From positions 9,179-73,178 of the forward strand of contig CAYLSZ010000001.1 of assembly GCA_964386745.1 (NCBI GenBank): DNA of 64,000 bases, read 5' to 3'. Every line of letters starts with the position of its first letter. Positions within the stretch are counted from its first letter, which is position 1. A model generated the notes under the pieces. It worked only from the letters and a program-made list of their open reading frames with translations. It was not told where the DNA came from and did not search any database. The position numbers and the translations under genes were made by a program. This document shows positions 1-10,321 of this stretch, piece after piece. The stretch comes from an uncultured Staphylococcaceae bacterium (GTDB taxonomy: Bacteria; Bacillota_I; Bacilli_A; RFN20; CAG-826).

Positions 1-874
1 TGGTAGTTTAGTATCTTTAAACACCGAACTAAAGACAGGTGACGTTGTCGATATCAAGACTTCAAAAACATCTCCTGGACCAAATGAAGGCTGGCTAAAT
101 TTAGTCAAAACAAATGGCGCAAAATCGCATATTCGTCGTTTCTTAATGAAGAAGAATAACGAGGCTATGCGTGATGATAAAATCGCAAAAGGTAAACAAA
201 TTTGTCTCGAATTTTTCAAAGAACGAGGACTCGATGAAAAAGAAATGGAGACTAAAATTAGTTCAGAAAATGTACTAAAAAACTACCATTTTGCTACTTT
301 AGATGACTTATATATCGGTATAAGCAACCATAATCCAAGCCCAGCAGCCATCTGCGATTTTTTAGGTATCAAACGTAAAGAAACTAATACTTTGATATTG
401 TCCAAAAAGAAAACTCGTAGTGCTGATGATAATCCAGTTTACGTTGAAGGAGCAGCTGAAGGGCTACAAATTACATTAGGAAATTGCTGTACACCAATTC
501 CTGGTGATCCTATTGTAGGCTATGTTACAAAAGGAAAAGGAATCACAGTTCATAGAGATACCTGTCCTAACATCAAAGGTGCATCTGATCGTCTTATTAA
601 AGTCTATTGGCACGACGATTTAGGAAATAAAGAATATCCTGTCGATATCGTCATTTCTTGTAATGATAGAAACAATTTATTAACCGATATTTTACAAGTC
701 TTTAATTCACACAAAATTAAATGTACCGAGCTTAGTGCAAAGGTCCACCCAGAAAATATGACGACCACAGTTTTCTGTCAATTTTATATAACTAATGCCA
801 CGGCATTACAGACCATTTTTCAAGCTTTAAAAAACCTCAAAGATGTCTTTGAAATAAAACGTCAAATCCACTAA
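1..874 (+). CDS. relA: C-terminal part of the bifunctional (p)ppGpp synthetase/hydrolase RelA/SpoT (TGS and ACT domains). The 5' end lies upstream of the window.
   Basis: The reading frame is open from base 2. Translation GSLVSLNTELKTGDVVDIKTSKTSPGPNEGWLNLVKTNGAKSHIRRF matches a RelA TGS domain, and the C-terminal part resembles an ACT domain. The track ORF 146..874 is the in-frame tail of this gene. Confidence 0.8.
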   Translation, partial: GSLVSLNTELKTGDVVDIKTSKTSPGPNEGWLNLVKTNGAKSHIRRFLMKKNNEAMRDDKIAKGKQICLEFFKERGLDEKEMETKISSENVLKNYHFATLDDLYIGISNHNPSPAAICDFLGIKRKETNTLILSKKKTRSADDNPVYVEGAAEGLQITLGNCCTPIPGDPIVGYVTKGKGITVHRDTCPNIKGASDRLIKVYWHDDLGNKEYPVDIVISCNDRNNLLTDILQVFNSHKIKCTELSAKVHPENMTTTVFCQFYITNATALQTIFQALKNLKDVFEIKRQIH

Positions 875-876
875 TT

Positions 877-912
877 ATTTTCAAAAACCCTGCAGAACCC
901 CCATATTTTACT
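877..912 (+). repeat. CTGCAG-core palindromic repeat, copy 1 (intergenic, relA/hisS)
   Basis: TTTTCAAAAACCCTGCAGAACCCCCATATTTTAC. Confidence 0.8.
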
Positions 913-959
913 TTAAATATACCTTTTTATTATTTATAATAATAAAAACGAGGAAACCT

Positions 960-2258
960 ATGTATTCAGTATTAAAAGGAACGCACGATGTTATTTTAGA
1001 TGAAGCGACTAAATATTCTTATATCGAAGAGTTATTAATTAACACCGCTGTCTTATATAACTATAAAGAATTCCGTACACCAATTATCGAAAATAGTGAA
1101 CTTTTTACTCGTTCAGTTGGTGAAGGAAGCGACATTGTAAGAAAAGAAATGTATACCTTCGTCGATAAAGGCGGAAGAAGTATAACCTTAAGACCAGAAA
1201 TGACGGCTGGAATTGCTCGTAGTATGGTCAATAATAAATTATTTTCGACAGACGATTTACCAGTTAAAGCTTTTTATGTTGGTCCTAATTTTAGATACGA
1301 AAGACCTCAACAAGGTAGATATCGTCAATTCAATCAATTTGGTATCGAATGTGTTGGCGTAACTTCGATTTATAGAGATGTTGAAGTTATCTCGCTTGGA
1401 TATAACGCTTTAAGACTTCTTGGTTTTGAAGGCTTAACGCTCAAAATCAATACTTTAGGTGACGAAGAAACTCGTACAAACTATAAAAACGCTTTAAAAG
1501 AATATTTTTCGAAGCACTTAGATGATATGTGCGAAGACTGTAAAGATCGCTACGAGAAAAATATTTTAAGAATTCTCGATTGTAAAGTTCCTTCTGATCA
1601 AGAAATCGTTAAAAAGGCACCATCAATTCGTGATTATTTAACACCAAAAGCTAAAGCTGATTTTGAGGCCATCTTAGAAGCTTTAAATAACTTAGATATT
1701 CCTTATGAAATTGATGACAACCTCGTTCGTGGATTAGATTATTACACTGGAGTTGTCTTTGAATATCACTATACATCGAAAGCCGGTAAAAATTATGGCG
1801 CAGTCGGTGCTGGTGGCCACTATGGCAATTTAATTAAAGAAATCGGTGGTCCAAATGTTGAGGGCGTCGGATTTGCAATGGGTATAGAAAGACTCGTTCA
1901 TTTAATGAACGATGAGGGATTATTTGATGGCATCAACGCTATAAAAGATGAACTTGATATTTACGTCATGCCTTTAGGTCAAGAAGGACTTAAAAAATCA
2001 AATGCTTTAGCAAATTCACTTCGACTTAATGGTTTCAAAGTCGATATTTGCCTCGAAAGTAAAAAAATGGGCGCTATGTTTACTAAAGCCGAACATAGAA
2101 ATGCACGCTATGGAATTATCATCGGCGAAAACGAAGTTAATGAAAATAAAGTTGTATTAAGAAACTTACAAACTAAAGAACAAATAGATGTAAAAGATGA
2201 AGATTTATTCGAAAAATTATGCGATATCTTCGATGAAGATGAACATCATCACGATTAA
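960..2258 (+). CDS. hisS: histidyl-tRNA synthetase
   Basis: 432 aa with class II aaRS motifs (RPEMTAGIAR, GGRYD-like core). RBS AGGAAA upstream. Followed by aspS as in Firmicutes. Confidence 0.93.
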   Translation: MYSVLKGTHDVILDEATKYSYIEELLINTAVLYNYKEFRTPIIENSELFTRSVGEGSDIVRKEMYTFVDKGGRSITLRPEMTAGIARSMVNNKLFSTDDLPVKAFYVGPNFRYERPQQGRYRQFNQFGIECVGVTSIYRDVEVISLGYNALRLLGFEGLTLKINTLGDEETRTNYKNALKEYFSKHLDDMCEDCKDRYEKNILRILDCKVPSDQEIVKKAPSIRDYLTPKAKADFEAILEALNNLDIPYEIDDNLVRGLDYYTGVVFEYHYTSKAGKNYGAVGAGGHYGNLIKEIGGPNVEGVGFAMGIERLVHLMNDEGLFDGINAIKDELDIYVMPLGQEGLKKSNALANSLRLNGFKVDICLESKKMGAMFTKAEHRNARYGIIIGENEVNENKVVLRNLQTKEQIDVKDEDLFEKLCDIFDEDEHHHD

Positions 2259-2266
2259 GGAGCTAT

Positions 2267-4009
2267 ATGAACGAAATTAAACGAACTATAAATTGTGGCG
2301 AATTAAGATTAACTCATGTCAAAAAAGAAGTTAGCGTTGTCGGTTGGGTATCTAAAAGACGTAACCTCGGTAGCCTTCTTTTTTTAGATTTACGCGATCG
2401 TTCAGGTATCGTTCAAATCTTAGTAAAAACTGATGAAATTGAAGTTCCTGAAATTCGTAATGAATATATTTTAAATATCACTGGTACCGTCTCTAAAAAA
2501 GATGTTTCAAATAAAAATTTAGCGACTGGCGACGTCGAAATTATCGCTAAAGAAATAGTCGTTATCAATACCGCTGAAACAACTCCTTTGATTATTGCTA
2601 ATGAAACCGATGCTTTAGAAGAAGTTCGTCTTAAATATAGATATCTCGATTTAAGAAGACCTGTTATGCAACAAAATCTCATAACAAGAGCTAAAATCGT
2701 TAGAGCTGCTCATGAATATCTCGATAATAACGGATTTATCGAAATTGAAACTCCTATTTTAACCTTATCTACACCGGAAGGAGCTAGAGACTATCTCGTT
2801 CCAAGTAGACTTCGTAAGGGTTCGTTTTATGCTTTACCTCAATCTCCACAACTATTTAAGCAATTACTTATGGTTGGAGGATTAGAAAGATACTATCAAG
2901 TCGCAAAATGTTTCCGCGACGAAGATTTACGTGCTGATAGACAACCAGATTTCACTCAAATCGATATTGAAACGAGTTTCTTAAATCAAGATCAAATCTT
3001 AACTTTAAACGAAGGATTAATCGCGAAAATATTTAAAGATGTCGCTAATTATGACGTCAAACTCCCTTTAAGAAGAATGGATTATGAAGAAGCTGTTAAC
3101 GTCTATGGAAGCGATAAACCTGATACAAGATACGATCTCAAACTTCATTGCTTAAAAGAAATTTTAAGCGAAAATAAAGAACCTATTTTTGCCGATAATA
3201 AATATATCAAAGGCTTTAAAATTGCTGGCGTTGCTAGTGAAACGAGCCGTAAAGTTCAAGATGAATATAACTTAACCGCTCCAAAATTCGGCCTTAAATC
3301 ATATATTTTCATTAAATACATCAACAAAACTTTAGAAGGTTCAATCGTTAAACTATTAAGCGAAGATGAAAAAGCTAAAATCATTAAACTTTTAGATTTA
3401 AAAGAAAACGATTTAGTCGTTATAGCTGTTAATAACATTTTAAGAAATGTCAATTTTGGTCTTGGTGCTCTTAGAGTTGAACTCGCTAAAAAATATAATC
3501 TCTACGATAAAGATTCGTTTGATTTATTATGGGTCGTTAACTTCCCATTATTTGAAAAAAGCGAAGAAACTGGCGAAATTTCAGCAAATCATCACCCATT
3601 TACCCGTCCAGTTGATGAAGATTTAGATAAACTCGAAACCGAACCATATAATGTTAAGAGTTATACATATGATATAATTATTAATGGCTATGAAGCCGGT
3701 GGCGGCGGTTTAAGAATCTACGATCAAAGTGTTCAAAAACGCATTTTCAAGGTTCTTGGATTTACCGAAGAAGACATCACTAAAAAGTTTGATTTCTTCG
3801 TAGAAGCCTTAAAATATGGAACCCCACCTCATGGTGGTATCGCCTATGGATTAGATCGATTGACTATGATTTTATGTAAAACCGATAATATCCGTGATGT
3901 CATCGCCTTCCCTAAAAATGTCAGTGCAGTTTGTCCAATGACAAATGCTCCACAAGAAGTCGAAGAAAAACAACTCAAAGAATTAGGAATAAAAATCGTA
4001 AAGGAGTAA
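2267..4009 (+). CDS. aspS: aspartyl-tRNA synthetase
   Basis: 580 aa with N-terminal OB fold and class II motifs (FRDEDLRADRQPDFTQID, GGGLRIYD, GLDRL). RBS AAGGAG. Confidence 0.94.
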   Translation: MNEIKRTINCGELRLTHVKKEVSVVGWVSKRRNLGSLLFLDLRDRSGIVQILVKTDEIEVPEIRNEYILNITGTVSKKDVSNKNLATGDVEIIAKEIVVINTAETTPLIIANETDALEEVRLKYRYLDLRRPVMQQNLITRAKIVRAAHEYLDNNGFIEIETPILTLSTPEGARDYLVPSRLRKGSFYALPQSPQLFKQLLMVGGLERYYQVAKCFRDEDLRADRQPDFTQIDIETSFLNQDQILTLNEGLIAKIFKDVANYDVKLPLRRMDYEEAVNVYGSDKPDTRYDLKLHCLKEILSENKEPIFADNKYIKGFKIAGVASETSRKVQDEYNLTAPKFGLKSYIFIKYINKTLEGSIVKLLSEDEKAKIIKLLDLKENDLVVIAVNNILRNVNFGLGALRVELAKKYNLYDKDSFDLLWVVNFPLFEKSEETGEISANHHPFTRPVDEDLDKLETEPYNVKSYTYDIIINGYEAGGGGLRIYDQSVQKRIFKVLGFTEEDITKKFDFFVEALKYGTPPHGGIAYGLDRLTMILCKTDNIRDVIAFPKNVSAVCPMTNAPQEVEEKQLKELGIKIVKE

Positions 4010-4012
4010 TTT

Positions 4013-6007
4013 ATGAGTAAACAAAAAATGAAAACGATCAAAAACGTCGACGAATTAGCAGTCGCTGCTATCCGTGCAACGTGTATCGATGGAATCAATA
4101 AAGCTAAAAGTGGCCACCCAGGTGCTTCACTTGGCTTAGCCCCTTTAATGTATGAACTTTATAAAGATTTCTTTGTTTCGAACCCATTCCAACCAGAATG
4201 GATCAATCGTGACCGTTTAGTTTTAAGTTGTGGTCACGCTTCGATGCTCTTATATACGATTTTACATCTTTGTAGTTACGATATTTCTTTAGAAGACTTA
4301 CAAAATTTCCGTCAATTAGGAAGTCGTACTCCAGGTCATCCTGAAGTTGAATTCACTCCTGGAATCGATGCTGGAAGCGGTCCATTAGGACAAGGCATTG
4401 CTGAAGCTGTCGGTATGGCTTTAGCTGAAACGATGCTTGCCGCTCAATATGGCTCAAAATTATATAACCACTATACATACTGTATTGCCGGAGATGGTTG
4501 TTTGGAAGAAGGTATTTCTCAAGAAGCTATCTCATTTGCTGGTTTACATAGACTCAATAAATTAATTCTCATCTATGATAGTAATGACATTACTTTAGAT
4601 GGGAGTTTAGGTTTATCAAGTATTGAAAACGTTGAAACGAGATTTTTAGCCAATAATTGGAACGTAATTCGCGTTAGAAACGGTAATAATCTTAACGCTA
4701 TTAAAAAGGCTTTAAGAAGAGCTAAAAAGAGTACTGATAAACCAACCTTAATTATCTTAAAAACTATCATTGGTTATGGAAGTAAAAACCAAGGTACTAA
4801 TAAAGTCCATGGCAATCCTTTAGGATTAGAAGATGGAACATACGCCAAACTTAGTTATGGTTATAACTATCCACCATTTGAAATTCCTCAAGAAGTGTAC
4901 GATCAACTCAAAAATACCTTCTTAAAACGTGGCGAAGAAGCTTATCAAAGATATCAAAATATCATCGAAAAAGTACAACAAGACGATCCATTCTTGTATA
5001 CCAAACTCATGAATTTAGCTTCGAATGATATCACTGAATATTTAAATAAAAAGCATCTTACTATGGATGAACTTTCTAGCGAATCGACAAGAAATACTTC
5101 GCTTAGAGTTTTAAATTATTATCACGAATTATTACCAAACTTCGTTGGTGGAAGTGCTGACGTTGCTAGTAGCGTCATGACAAAACTTGCTAACGGTTCG
5201 AGTTATTCTTATAAAAACCGCGCTGGAACCAATATTAACTGGGGCGTTAAAGAATTCTTTATGGCCGCAGCTACAAATGGTATTTTACTCCACGGCGGAT
5301 TAAGAACTTATACTGGTTGTTTCTTAGTGTTTAGCGACTATATGAAGAGCGCAATCAGAATGAGTGCTTTACAAAAATTACCAAATATTTATCTATTCTC
5401 GCACGATTCTTTAGCAGTTGGCGAAGATGGACCAACCCATCAACCAATCGAACATCTTGCTGGTTTACGTGCTACACCAAATTTATACGTTTTTAGACCA
5501 TGTGATGCTAAAGAAACCTATGCTGCATATAGAATCGCTTTAGAAAACACTAAAACTCCTAGCGCAATCGTTTTATCGAGACAAAATCTTTCTTTACTTA
5601 AGAAGTCATCTAACTATGAAAGCGTGAAAAAAGGTGCTTATATCGTTTCTAAAGAAAGAGGCGTCCGTCCACAATTTACAATTATTGCAACTGGTAGCGA
5701 AGTTAGCCTCGCTTTAGAAGTTAAAACATATTTATATTCACTTGGAGTCGATATCCGCGTCGTTTCGATGCCTTGTGTCGAATTGTTTGATGAACAAGAT
5801 ACTGCCTATCAATTATCAGTATTAGGAAATAGCTATCAACACCGTGTGACTCTTGAAATGGCTTCAACTTTTGGTTGGAATAAATACGCTAAATATAGTA
5901 TCGGCATCGATACATTTGGCGCTAGTGGTAAAGCTGACGATGTCATTAAACATTTCGGATTTACTAGAGAAAATATTGCTAAATTTATTTTAAAACGCGT
6001 TAAATAA
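4013..6007 (+). CDS. tkt: transketolase
   Basis: 664 aa with a GHPG TPP-binding N-terminus and full transketolase architecture. Confidence 0.93.
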   Translation: MSKQKMKTIKNVDELAVAAIRATCIDGINKAKSGHPGASLGLAPLMYELYKDFFVSNPFQPEWINRDRLVLSCGHASMLLYTILHLCSYDISLEDLQNFRQLGSRTPGHPEVEFTPGIDAGSGPLGQGIAEAVGMALAETMLAAQYGSKLYNHYTYCIAGDGCLEEGISQEAISFAGLHRLNKLILIYDSNDITLDGSLGLSSIENVETRFLANNWNVIRVRNGNNLNAIKKALRRAKKSTDKPTLIILKTIIGYGSKNQGTNKVHGNPLGLEDGTYAKLSYGYNYPPFEIPQEVYDQLKNTFLKRGEEAYQRYQNIIEKVQQDDPFLYTKLMNLASNDITEYLNKKHLTMDELSSESTRNTSLRVLNYYHELLPNFVGGSADVASSVMTKLANGSSYSYKNRAGTNINWGVKEFFMAAATNGILLHGGLRTYTGCFLVFSDYMKSAIRMSALQKLPNIYLFSHDSLAVGEDGPTHQPIEHLAGLRATPNLYVFRPCDAKETYAAYRIALENTKTPSAIVLSRQNLSLLKKSSNYESVKKGAYIVSKERGVRPQFTIIATGSEVSLALEVKTYLYSLGVDIRVVSMPCVELFDEQDTAYQLSVLGNSYQHRVTLEMASTFGWNKYAKYSIGIDTFGASGKADDVIKHFGFTRENIAKFILKRVK

Positions 6008-6018
6008 GAGGTGGAAAT

Positions 6019-6348
6019 ATGGCAAATTACGTATATTTAAATAGATATAATTCGACTGGAAACTTAGCTTTAAGCAAAAGAGTATTTCTCTCTTTAGGGG
6101 AACACGCTTTAATTAACGCTAAAAAGATTTTCGAACAAAAACAAGAAGAAAACGTCGAAATAAAAGATACTATCAAAGTCGATTTAAAAGATGATTTAGT
6201 CGCTTATAGATTCTATGTTGAAACAAAAAACGGCGTAGATAATGAAGCCATTAAAGAAAATATTCACGATATCATCACGACTAGTTTAATGATGGTATGT
6301 GACGTTATTCCTTTCGATATCGATATTAAAGTTAGAACAATTCAATAA
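6019..6348 (+). CDS. Asp23/YqhY-family alkaline shock protein
   Basis: 109 aa. Its position directly upstream of nusB mirrors B. subtilis yqhY-nusB. Asp23-like composition. Confidence 0.65.
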   Translation: MANYVYLNRYNSTGNLALSKRVFLSLGEHALINAKKIFEQKQEENVEIKDTIKVDLKDDLVAYRFYVETKNGVDNEAIKENIHDIITTSLMMVCDVIPFDIDIKVRTIQ

Positions 6349-6353
6349 AAATT

Positions 6354-6776
6354 ATGGCTTTATCACGCAACAAACAACACGACTATATTTTTCAATGCAT
6401 GTATGCTTTTTTGATGCTCGAAACATGCTCTATTCCTATCGATTTTAAGGAAGTTATTAGTCTAGTTTGTGACGAGGAATATGAAAATATTGATACATAT
6501 ATAAAAGAAGTCTTACTCAATGTTTTAAAACATCAACAAAACATTATTAATGGTGTTTCGAAATATCTCAATAAATGGACTTTTAAGCGTTTAAATTATT
6601 GCATTCAAGCAATTATTTTAACGAATATTGTAGAAGTCGTTTATTTAAAACAATTTAATAAAGCCATCGGCGTAAATATTGCCGTAAAACTTGCTAAAAA
6701 ATATGCCGGAGACGATGATTATCGTTTTGTAAATGGCGTATTAGATAATTATTATGTCGGACAAGGAATTGCTTGA
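6354..6776 (+). CDS. nusB: transcription antitermination factor NusB
   Basis: 140 aa with a C-terminal FVNGVLD motif typical of NusB. Synteny nusB-xseA-xseB. Confidence 0.7.
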   Translation: MALSRNKQHDYIFQCMYAFLMLETCSIPIDFKEVISLVCDEEYENIDTYIKEVLLNVLKHQQNIINGVSKYLNKWTFKRLNYCIQAIILTNIVEVVYLKQFNKAIGVNIAVKLAKKYAGDDDYRFVNGVLDNYYVGQGIA

Positions 6777-7992
6777 TAAAAAGTATTATACTGTTAGCGA
6801 AATTAACGAAATAATTCACGAACTTTTTAATGCCATTCCTGAATTTAAAAGCGTCTCAATCCGTGGTCAAATAACAAATTATAAGGGCGCTAATCGTAGT
6901 GGACACTATTATTTTTCATTAAAAGACGGAAATTCTACGATTAATGCTGTTATTTTTAAATACGATTCATTTAAGATTAGTACCAATTTTAAAAATGGCG
7001 ATGATGTAATTGTTACAGGTGAATTAAGTTCATATACACCTAGTGGCACTTATCAAATCATTATTAGAGATCTATATTTATACGGAAAAGGTCAACTTTT
7101 AATCCAAAAAGAAGAGTTAAAGAAGAAGTTGGAAGCCGAAGGATTATTTAATCCTGAACATAAGTTAAAACTACCTAAATATCCTTTAAAAGTAGCGGTA
7201 GTAACTGGAAAAAATAGTGCTGCAGCCGAAGATTTTCGTCATAACCTAACTAGAAGATGGCCTCTTGCTGAACTTAAATTTTTTACATGTTTAGTTCAAG
7301 GAGTCGATGCTCCTAAAGACATAAATCGCGCTTTAGAAGAAGCCAAAAATAGTGATGTAGATGTAATTATTTTGGGTCGCGGTGGCGGATCAGAAGATGA
7401 TTTAAATGCTTTTGACGATGAAAATCTCGTTAGATATATTTATAACCTAAATGTACCTATAATTGCTGCAATTGGTCACGAAATCAATCAAACTTTTAGT
7501 GATTTTGTAGCTGATGGATACGCTTCAACTCCAAGTGCAGCGTGCGAATTAGCAGTCCCAAACGTAGAAGAATTTGCAGGCGATTTATTAGAAAAAAAAG
7601 GCGAATTACTATATCTAATCGAAAGAAAAATTTCTGATTTAGAACTAGAACTATCTCAATTAAAATCACGACCAGTTTTCCATAATATCGAATCTCAATT
7701 TGATTTAAAACTTCAAAAACTGGAAGAGTATAAACTTAAATTCACTCAAATAATTAACTCAAAAATTGATGATTTGGACAATAAAATTAAGAATCTGAAA
7801 GTTATATTAGAAAACGCTAGTCCAAACAAATTAATTGAAAAAGGTTACGTTATTTTAAAGGATTCTAAGACTAATAAAGTTATAAATAAATTATCTCAAA
7901 TTAAAAAAGGGGATGAACTAATTGCCCAATTATTCGATGGCAAAGTTAAATTAATAGTGGAGGATAAAATCGATGAGCGAAAAGAAGACTAA
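6754..7992 (+). CDS. xseA: exodeoxyribonuclease VII large subunit
   Basis: 412 aa with an N-terminal OB fold and an ILGRGGGS motif. Followed by xseB. Confidence 0.9.
   Translation: MSDKELLDKKYYTVSEINEIIHELFNAIPEFKSVSIRGQITNYKGANRSGHYYFSLKDGNSTINAVIFKYDSFKISTNFKNGDDVIVTGELSSYTPSGTYQIIIRDLYLYGKGQLLIQKEELKKKLEAEGLFNPEHKLKLPKYPLKVAVVTGKNSAAAEDFRHNLTRRWPLAELKFFTCLVQGVDAPKDINRALEEAKNSDVDVIILGRGGGSEDDLNAFDDENLVRYIYNLNVPIIAAIGHEINQTFSDFVADGYASTPSAACELAVPNVEEFAGDLLEKKGELLYLIERKISDLELELSQLKSRPVFHNIESQFDLKLQKLEEYKLKFTQIINSKIDDLDNKIKNLKVILENASPNKLIEKGYVILKDSKTNKVINKLSQIKKGDELIAQLFDGKVKLIVEDKIDERKED
7205..7240 (+). repeat. possible degenerate copy of the repeat inside xseA
   Basis: AAAAATAGTGCTGCAGCCGAAGATTTTCG. 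Confidence 0.3.
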
Positions 7993-8167
7993 GACAATTG
8001 AAAGCAAGTTAGAACGCGTTGATGAAATAGCTGAAATTCTAACTAATGAAGAAATTGAACTGGATAAATCGATCGAATACTTTCAAGAGGCTATGAAGCT
8101 AATTGAAGAAATTGAAGGTCAAATTAAAGAGGCAAAAGACAAAATCAAAAACGCACAAAAAGCCTAG
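7973..8167 (+). CDS. xseB: exodeoxyribonuclease VII small subunit
   Basis: 64 aa coiled-coil protein overlapping the xseA stop. Confidence 0.85.
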   Translation: MSEKKTKTIESKLERVDEIAEILTNEEIELDKSIEYFQEAMKLIEEIEGQIKEAKDKIKNAQKA

Positions 8168-8212
8168 TTTTTGAAGAAAAACCCTGCAGATCTAAGGTAT
8201 TTTTTCAAAAAA
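8167..8212 (+). repeat. CTGCAG-core repeat, copy 2 (intergenic, xseB/dinB)
   Basis: GTTTTTGAAGAAAAACCCTGCAGATCTAAGGTATTTTTTCAAAAAAC. The AT-rich arms are inverted repeats of each other. Confidence 0.85.
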
Positions 8213-8236
8213 CTTAAACATTCCCTATTTAAAATT

Positions 8237-9424
8237 ATGAGTAGAATTATACTTCACATCGACCTAGACGCTTTCTTTTGTAGAGCTGAAGAAATTAAAA
8301 ATCCTTCTTTGGAGGGAAAGGCTTTTATTGTCGGCGGTGAAGGTAGAAGAGGTATCGTTTCTACTTGCTCATATAAAGCTAGAGAATATGGGATTCATAG
8401 TGGAATGCCTACATTTCAAGCAAAAATGTTATGTAAAAACGTCTTAGTTTTACCAGCAGATTTTCGCTTTTACGATCTGTTATCTAGAGAATTTATAAAC
8501 TATTTAAAACAGTATTCAAACAAGATTCAACAAGCCTCAATTGATGAATGTTTTTTGGATTTTACTGATTATTATAATGCTCATAAAAACATGCCAATGA
8601 CCACATTGTTAAAGAACATCCAACAAGGTTTATTTAAAAAGACGTCTTTAAAATGTTCAATTGGAGTTGGTACTACAAAATTTATCGCGAAGATGGCAAG
8701 TGACTATCAAAAACCAATGGGCATAACAATAATTAGAAATCGCGATATTCATAAAATGCTTTTCCCTTTACCAATTGAAAAATATTTCGGAATTGGAAAG
8801 AAAACATCGGCCAAATTACGTGAAATAAATATCAATACAATCGGCGATTTATATAACGCAATCAAGACTCAAGGAGAAGTCCCTAGTATTCATGGACAAG
8901 ATATTCTCGATGAATTAGATGGCAAAACTTCTAATCAAATTAACGATGAACATATCGATCCTAAATCGATTGGTATGTCGCGAACTTTAGATTCTGATAC
9001 AAATAATGAAACAAGGATTATTGAAGTTTTAAAACACGAAATTCAAATGGTTGTTTCATCAATGGTTGAGCAAAATATGTTTACAAAAACCATTTCAATA
9101 TCGATGAAAGATGCAGCTCATGAGACAAACTTTAAAGCAAAATCATTCTCGTATACATTCGATGAATATACTGATGACTTAGAATTTATCACTAAAGAAG
9201 CAATCGATTTATTTAAACGTTCGTATCGTAACGAAGTTATCCGTTTAATTGGCTTTACCGTGAAAAATATCAAAGAAAAACATGGCGTTGTTAAACAAAT
9301 GACTTTCGAAGACTTCCAAAAACACGAAAAAGAAAATAATTTATATCTTCTAGTAAACGAATTAAACCGCGAATCTCATAAGCAACTTTTTAAGCGTGCT
9401 AGCGACATTTTAAAGGATGAATAA
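8237..9424 (+). CDS. dinB: DNA polymerase IV (Y-family)
   Basis: MSRIILHIDLDAFFCRAEE matches the DinB N-terminus. The track ORF begins 22 codons earlier, inside a repeat copy, so the internal ATG at 8237 is the more likely start. Confidence 0.88.
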   Translation: MSRIILHIDLDAFFCRAEEIKNPSLEGKAFIVGGEGRRGIVSTCSYKAREYGIHSGMPTFQAKMLCKNVLVLPADFRFYDLLSREFINYLKQYSNKIQQASIDECFLDFTDYYNAHKNMPMTTLLKNIQQGLFKKTSLKCSIGVGTTKFIAKMASDYQKPMGITIIRNRDIHKMLFPLPIEKYFGIGKKTSAKLREININTIGDLYNAIKTQGEVPSIHGQDILDELDGKTSNQINDEHIDPKSIGMSRTLDSDTNNETRIIEVLKHEIQMVVSSMVEQNMFTKTISISMKDAAHETNFKAKSFSYTFDEYTDDLEFITKEAIDLFKRSYRNEVIRLIGFTVKNIKEKHGVVKQMTFEDFQKHEKENNLYLLVNELNRESHKQLFKRASDILKDE

Positions 9425-10253
9425 CGTGTTAATTACTGAAGCTATTGATAAATTTATTGAGTCAAAAACCTCAACAGGTCTAGAAGAATCAACTATCGAT
9501 TCTTATAAAGCTGATTTGAGAATATTTTTGAAATATTACCCACGAATCGAGTCGACGGAAGACTTAAATAACAATCTTTTCAACTATTTCATTTTTGACC
9601 AACAATTAGATGAACTTTCGAACGCTACAATCGCTCGTAGAATTGCTGTTTTAAAGGAATTTTTCTTATATTTAGAAGAACAAAATATATGTAAAGATTT
9701 AATAAAAACTATATCGTTGCCAAAAGTTGAAAGGCATCCAATAATCACATTAACAAAAGAAGAAATAGAAGTCTTTTTCAATGTATTTAACGAGAAAAAA
9801 ATAAACGAACTTCGCGATAAACTTTTATTTTCATTAATGTATTATTCAGGGCTAAGACTAAACGAAGCAATTAGCCTCAAAATCGACGATATAAATGCAA
9901 AAGAACAACTAATTTCTATCGAAAATTTTCGCCTTGTTCCAACCTGTACCCAACTAATCGATGTCTATATAAAATATATAGACATGCTCAAAAATAAAGA
10001 ACTTTTTGGTCAAACTGATTATCTATTTTTTAATCTCAAAACCCATAAACCTTTATCAATCGTGGCTATCAATAAAAACTTCAAAAAATATGTATCTCGG
10101 GCAGGCATAAATAAGAATATTACCCCTCATTCCTTACGCGATTCTTTCGCTATTCACCTCCTTCAAAACGGATGCAATATCCACGCATTAAAAGAACTAT
10201 TAGGACATAAAAATCTCAATACTACTTTAGAATATGAGAAATATTTAAAATAG
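9417..10253 (+). CDS. tyrosine site-specific recombinase of the XerC/XerD family
   Basis: 278 aa with an N-terminal SAM-like domain and C-terminal HSLRDSFAIHLL...LGHKNLNTTLEYEKY carrying the R-H-R-Y catalytic residues. Confidence 0.8.
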   Translation: MNNVLITEAIDKFIESKTSTGLEESTIDSYKADLRIFLKYYPRIESTEDLNNNLFNYFIFDQQLDELSNATIARRIAVLKEFFLYLEEQNICKDLIKTISLPKVERHPIITLTKEEIEVFFNVFNEKKINELRDKLLFSLMYYSGLRLNEAISLKIDDINAKEQLISIENFRLVPTCTQLIDVYIKYIDMLKNKELFGQTDYLFFNLKTHKPLSIVAINKNFKKYVSRAGINKNITPHSLRDSFAIHLLQNGCNIHALKELLGHKNLNTTLEYEKYLK

Positions 10254-10321
10254 GAGTAAAATATAGGCGTTTGGTTTGTATATCAAACGAAACTTTTATA
10301 AAATTATCCGGAGGATAAAGT

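Noticed and set aside
146-874. Apparently short (242 aa) relA lacking synthetase and hydrolase domains
   Set aside because: The frame is open to base 2 of the window, so this is a window-edge truncation, not a truncated gene.
8171-8236. Track start of dinB with the extra N-terminus MKKNPADLRYFFKKLKHSLFKI
   Set aside because: This peptide is the translation of CTGCAG repeat copy 2, and DinB homology begins at the internal Met.
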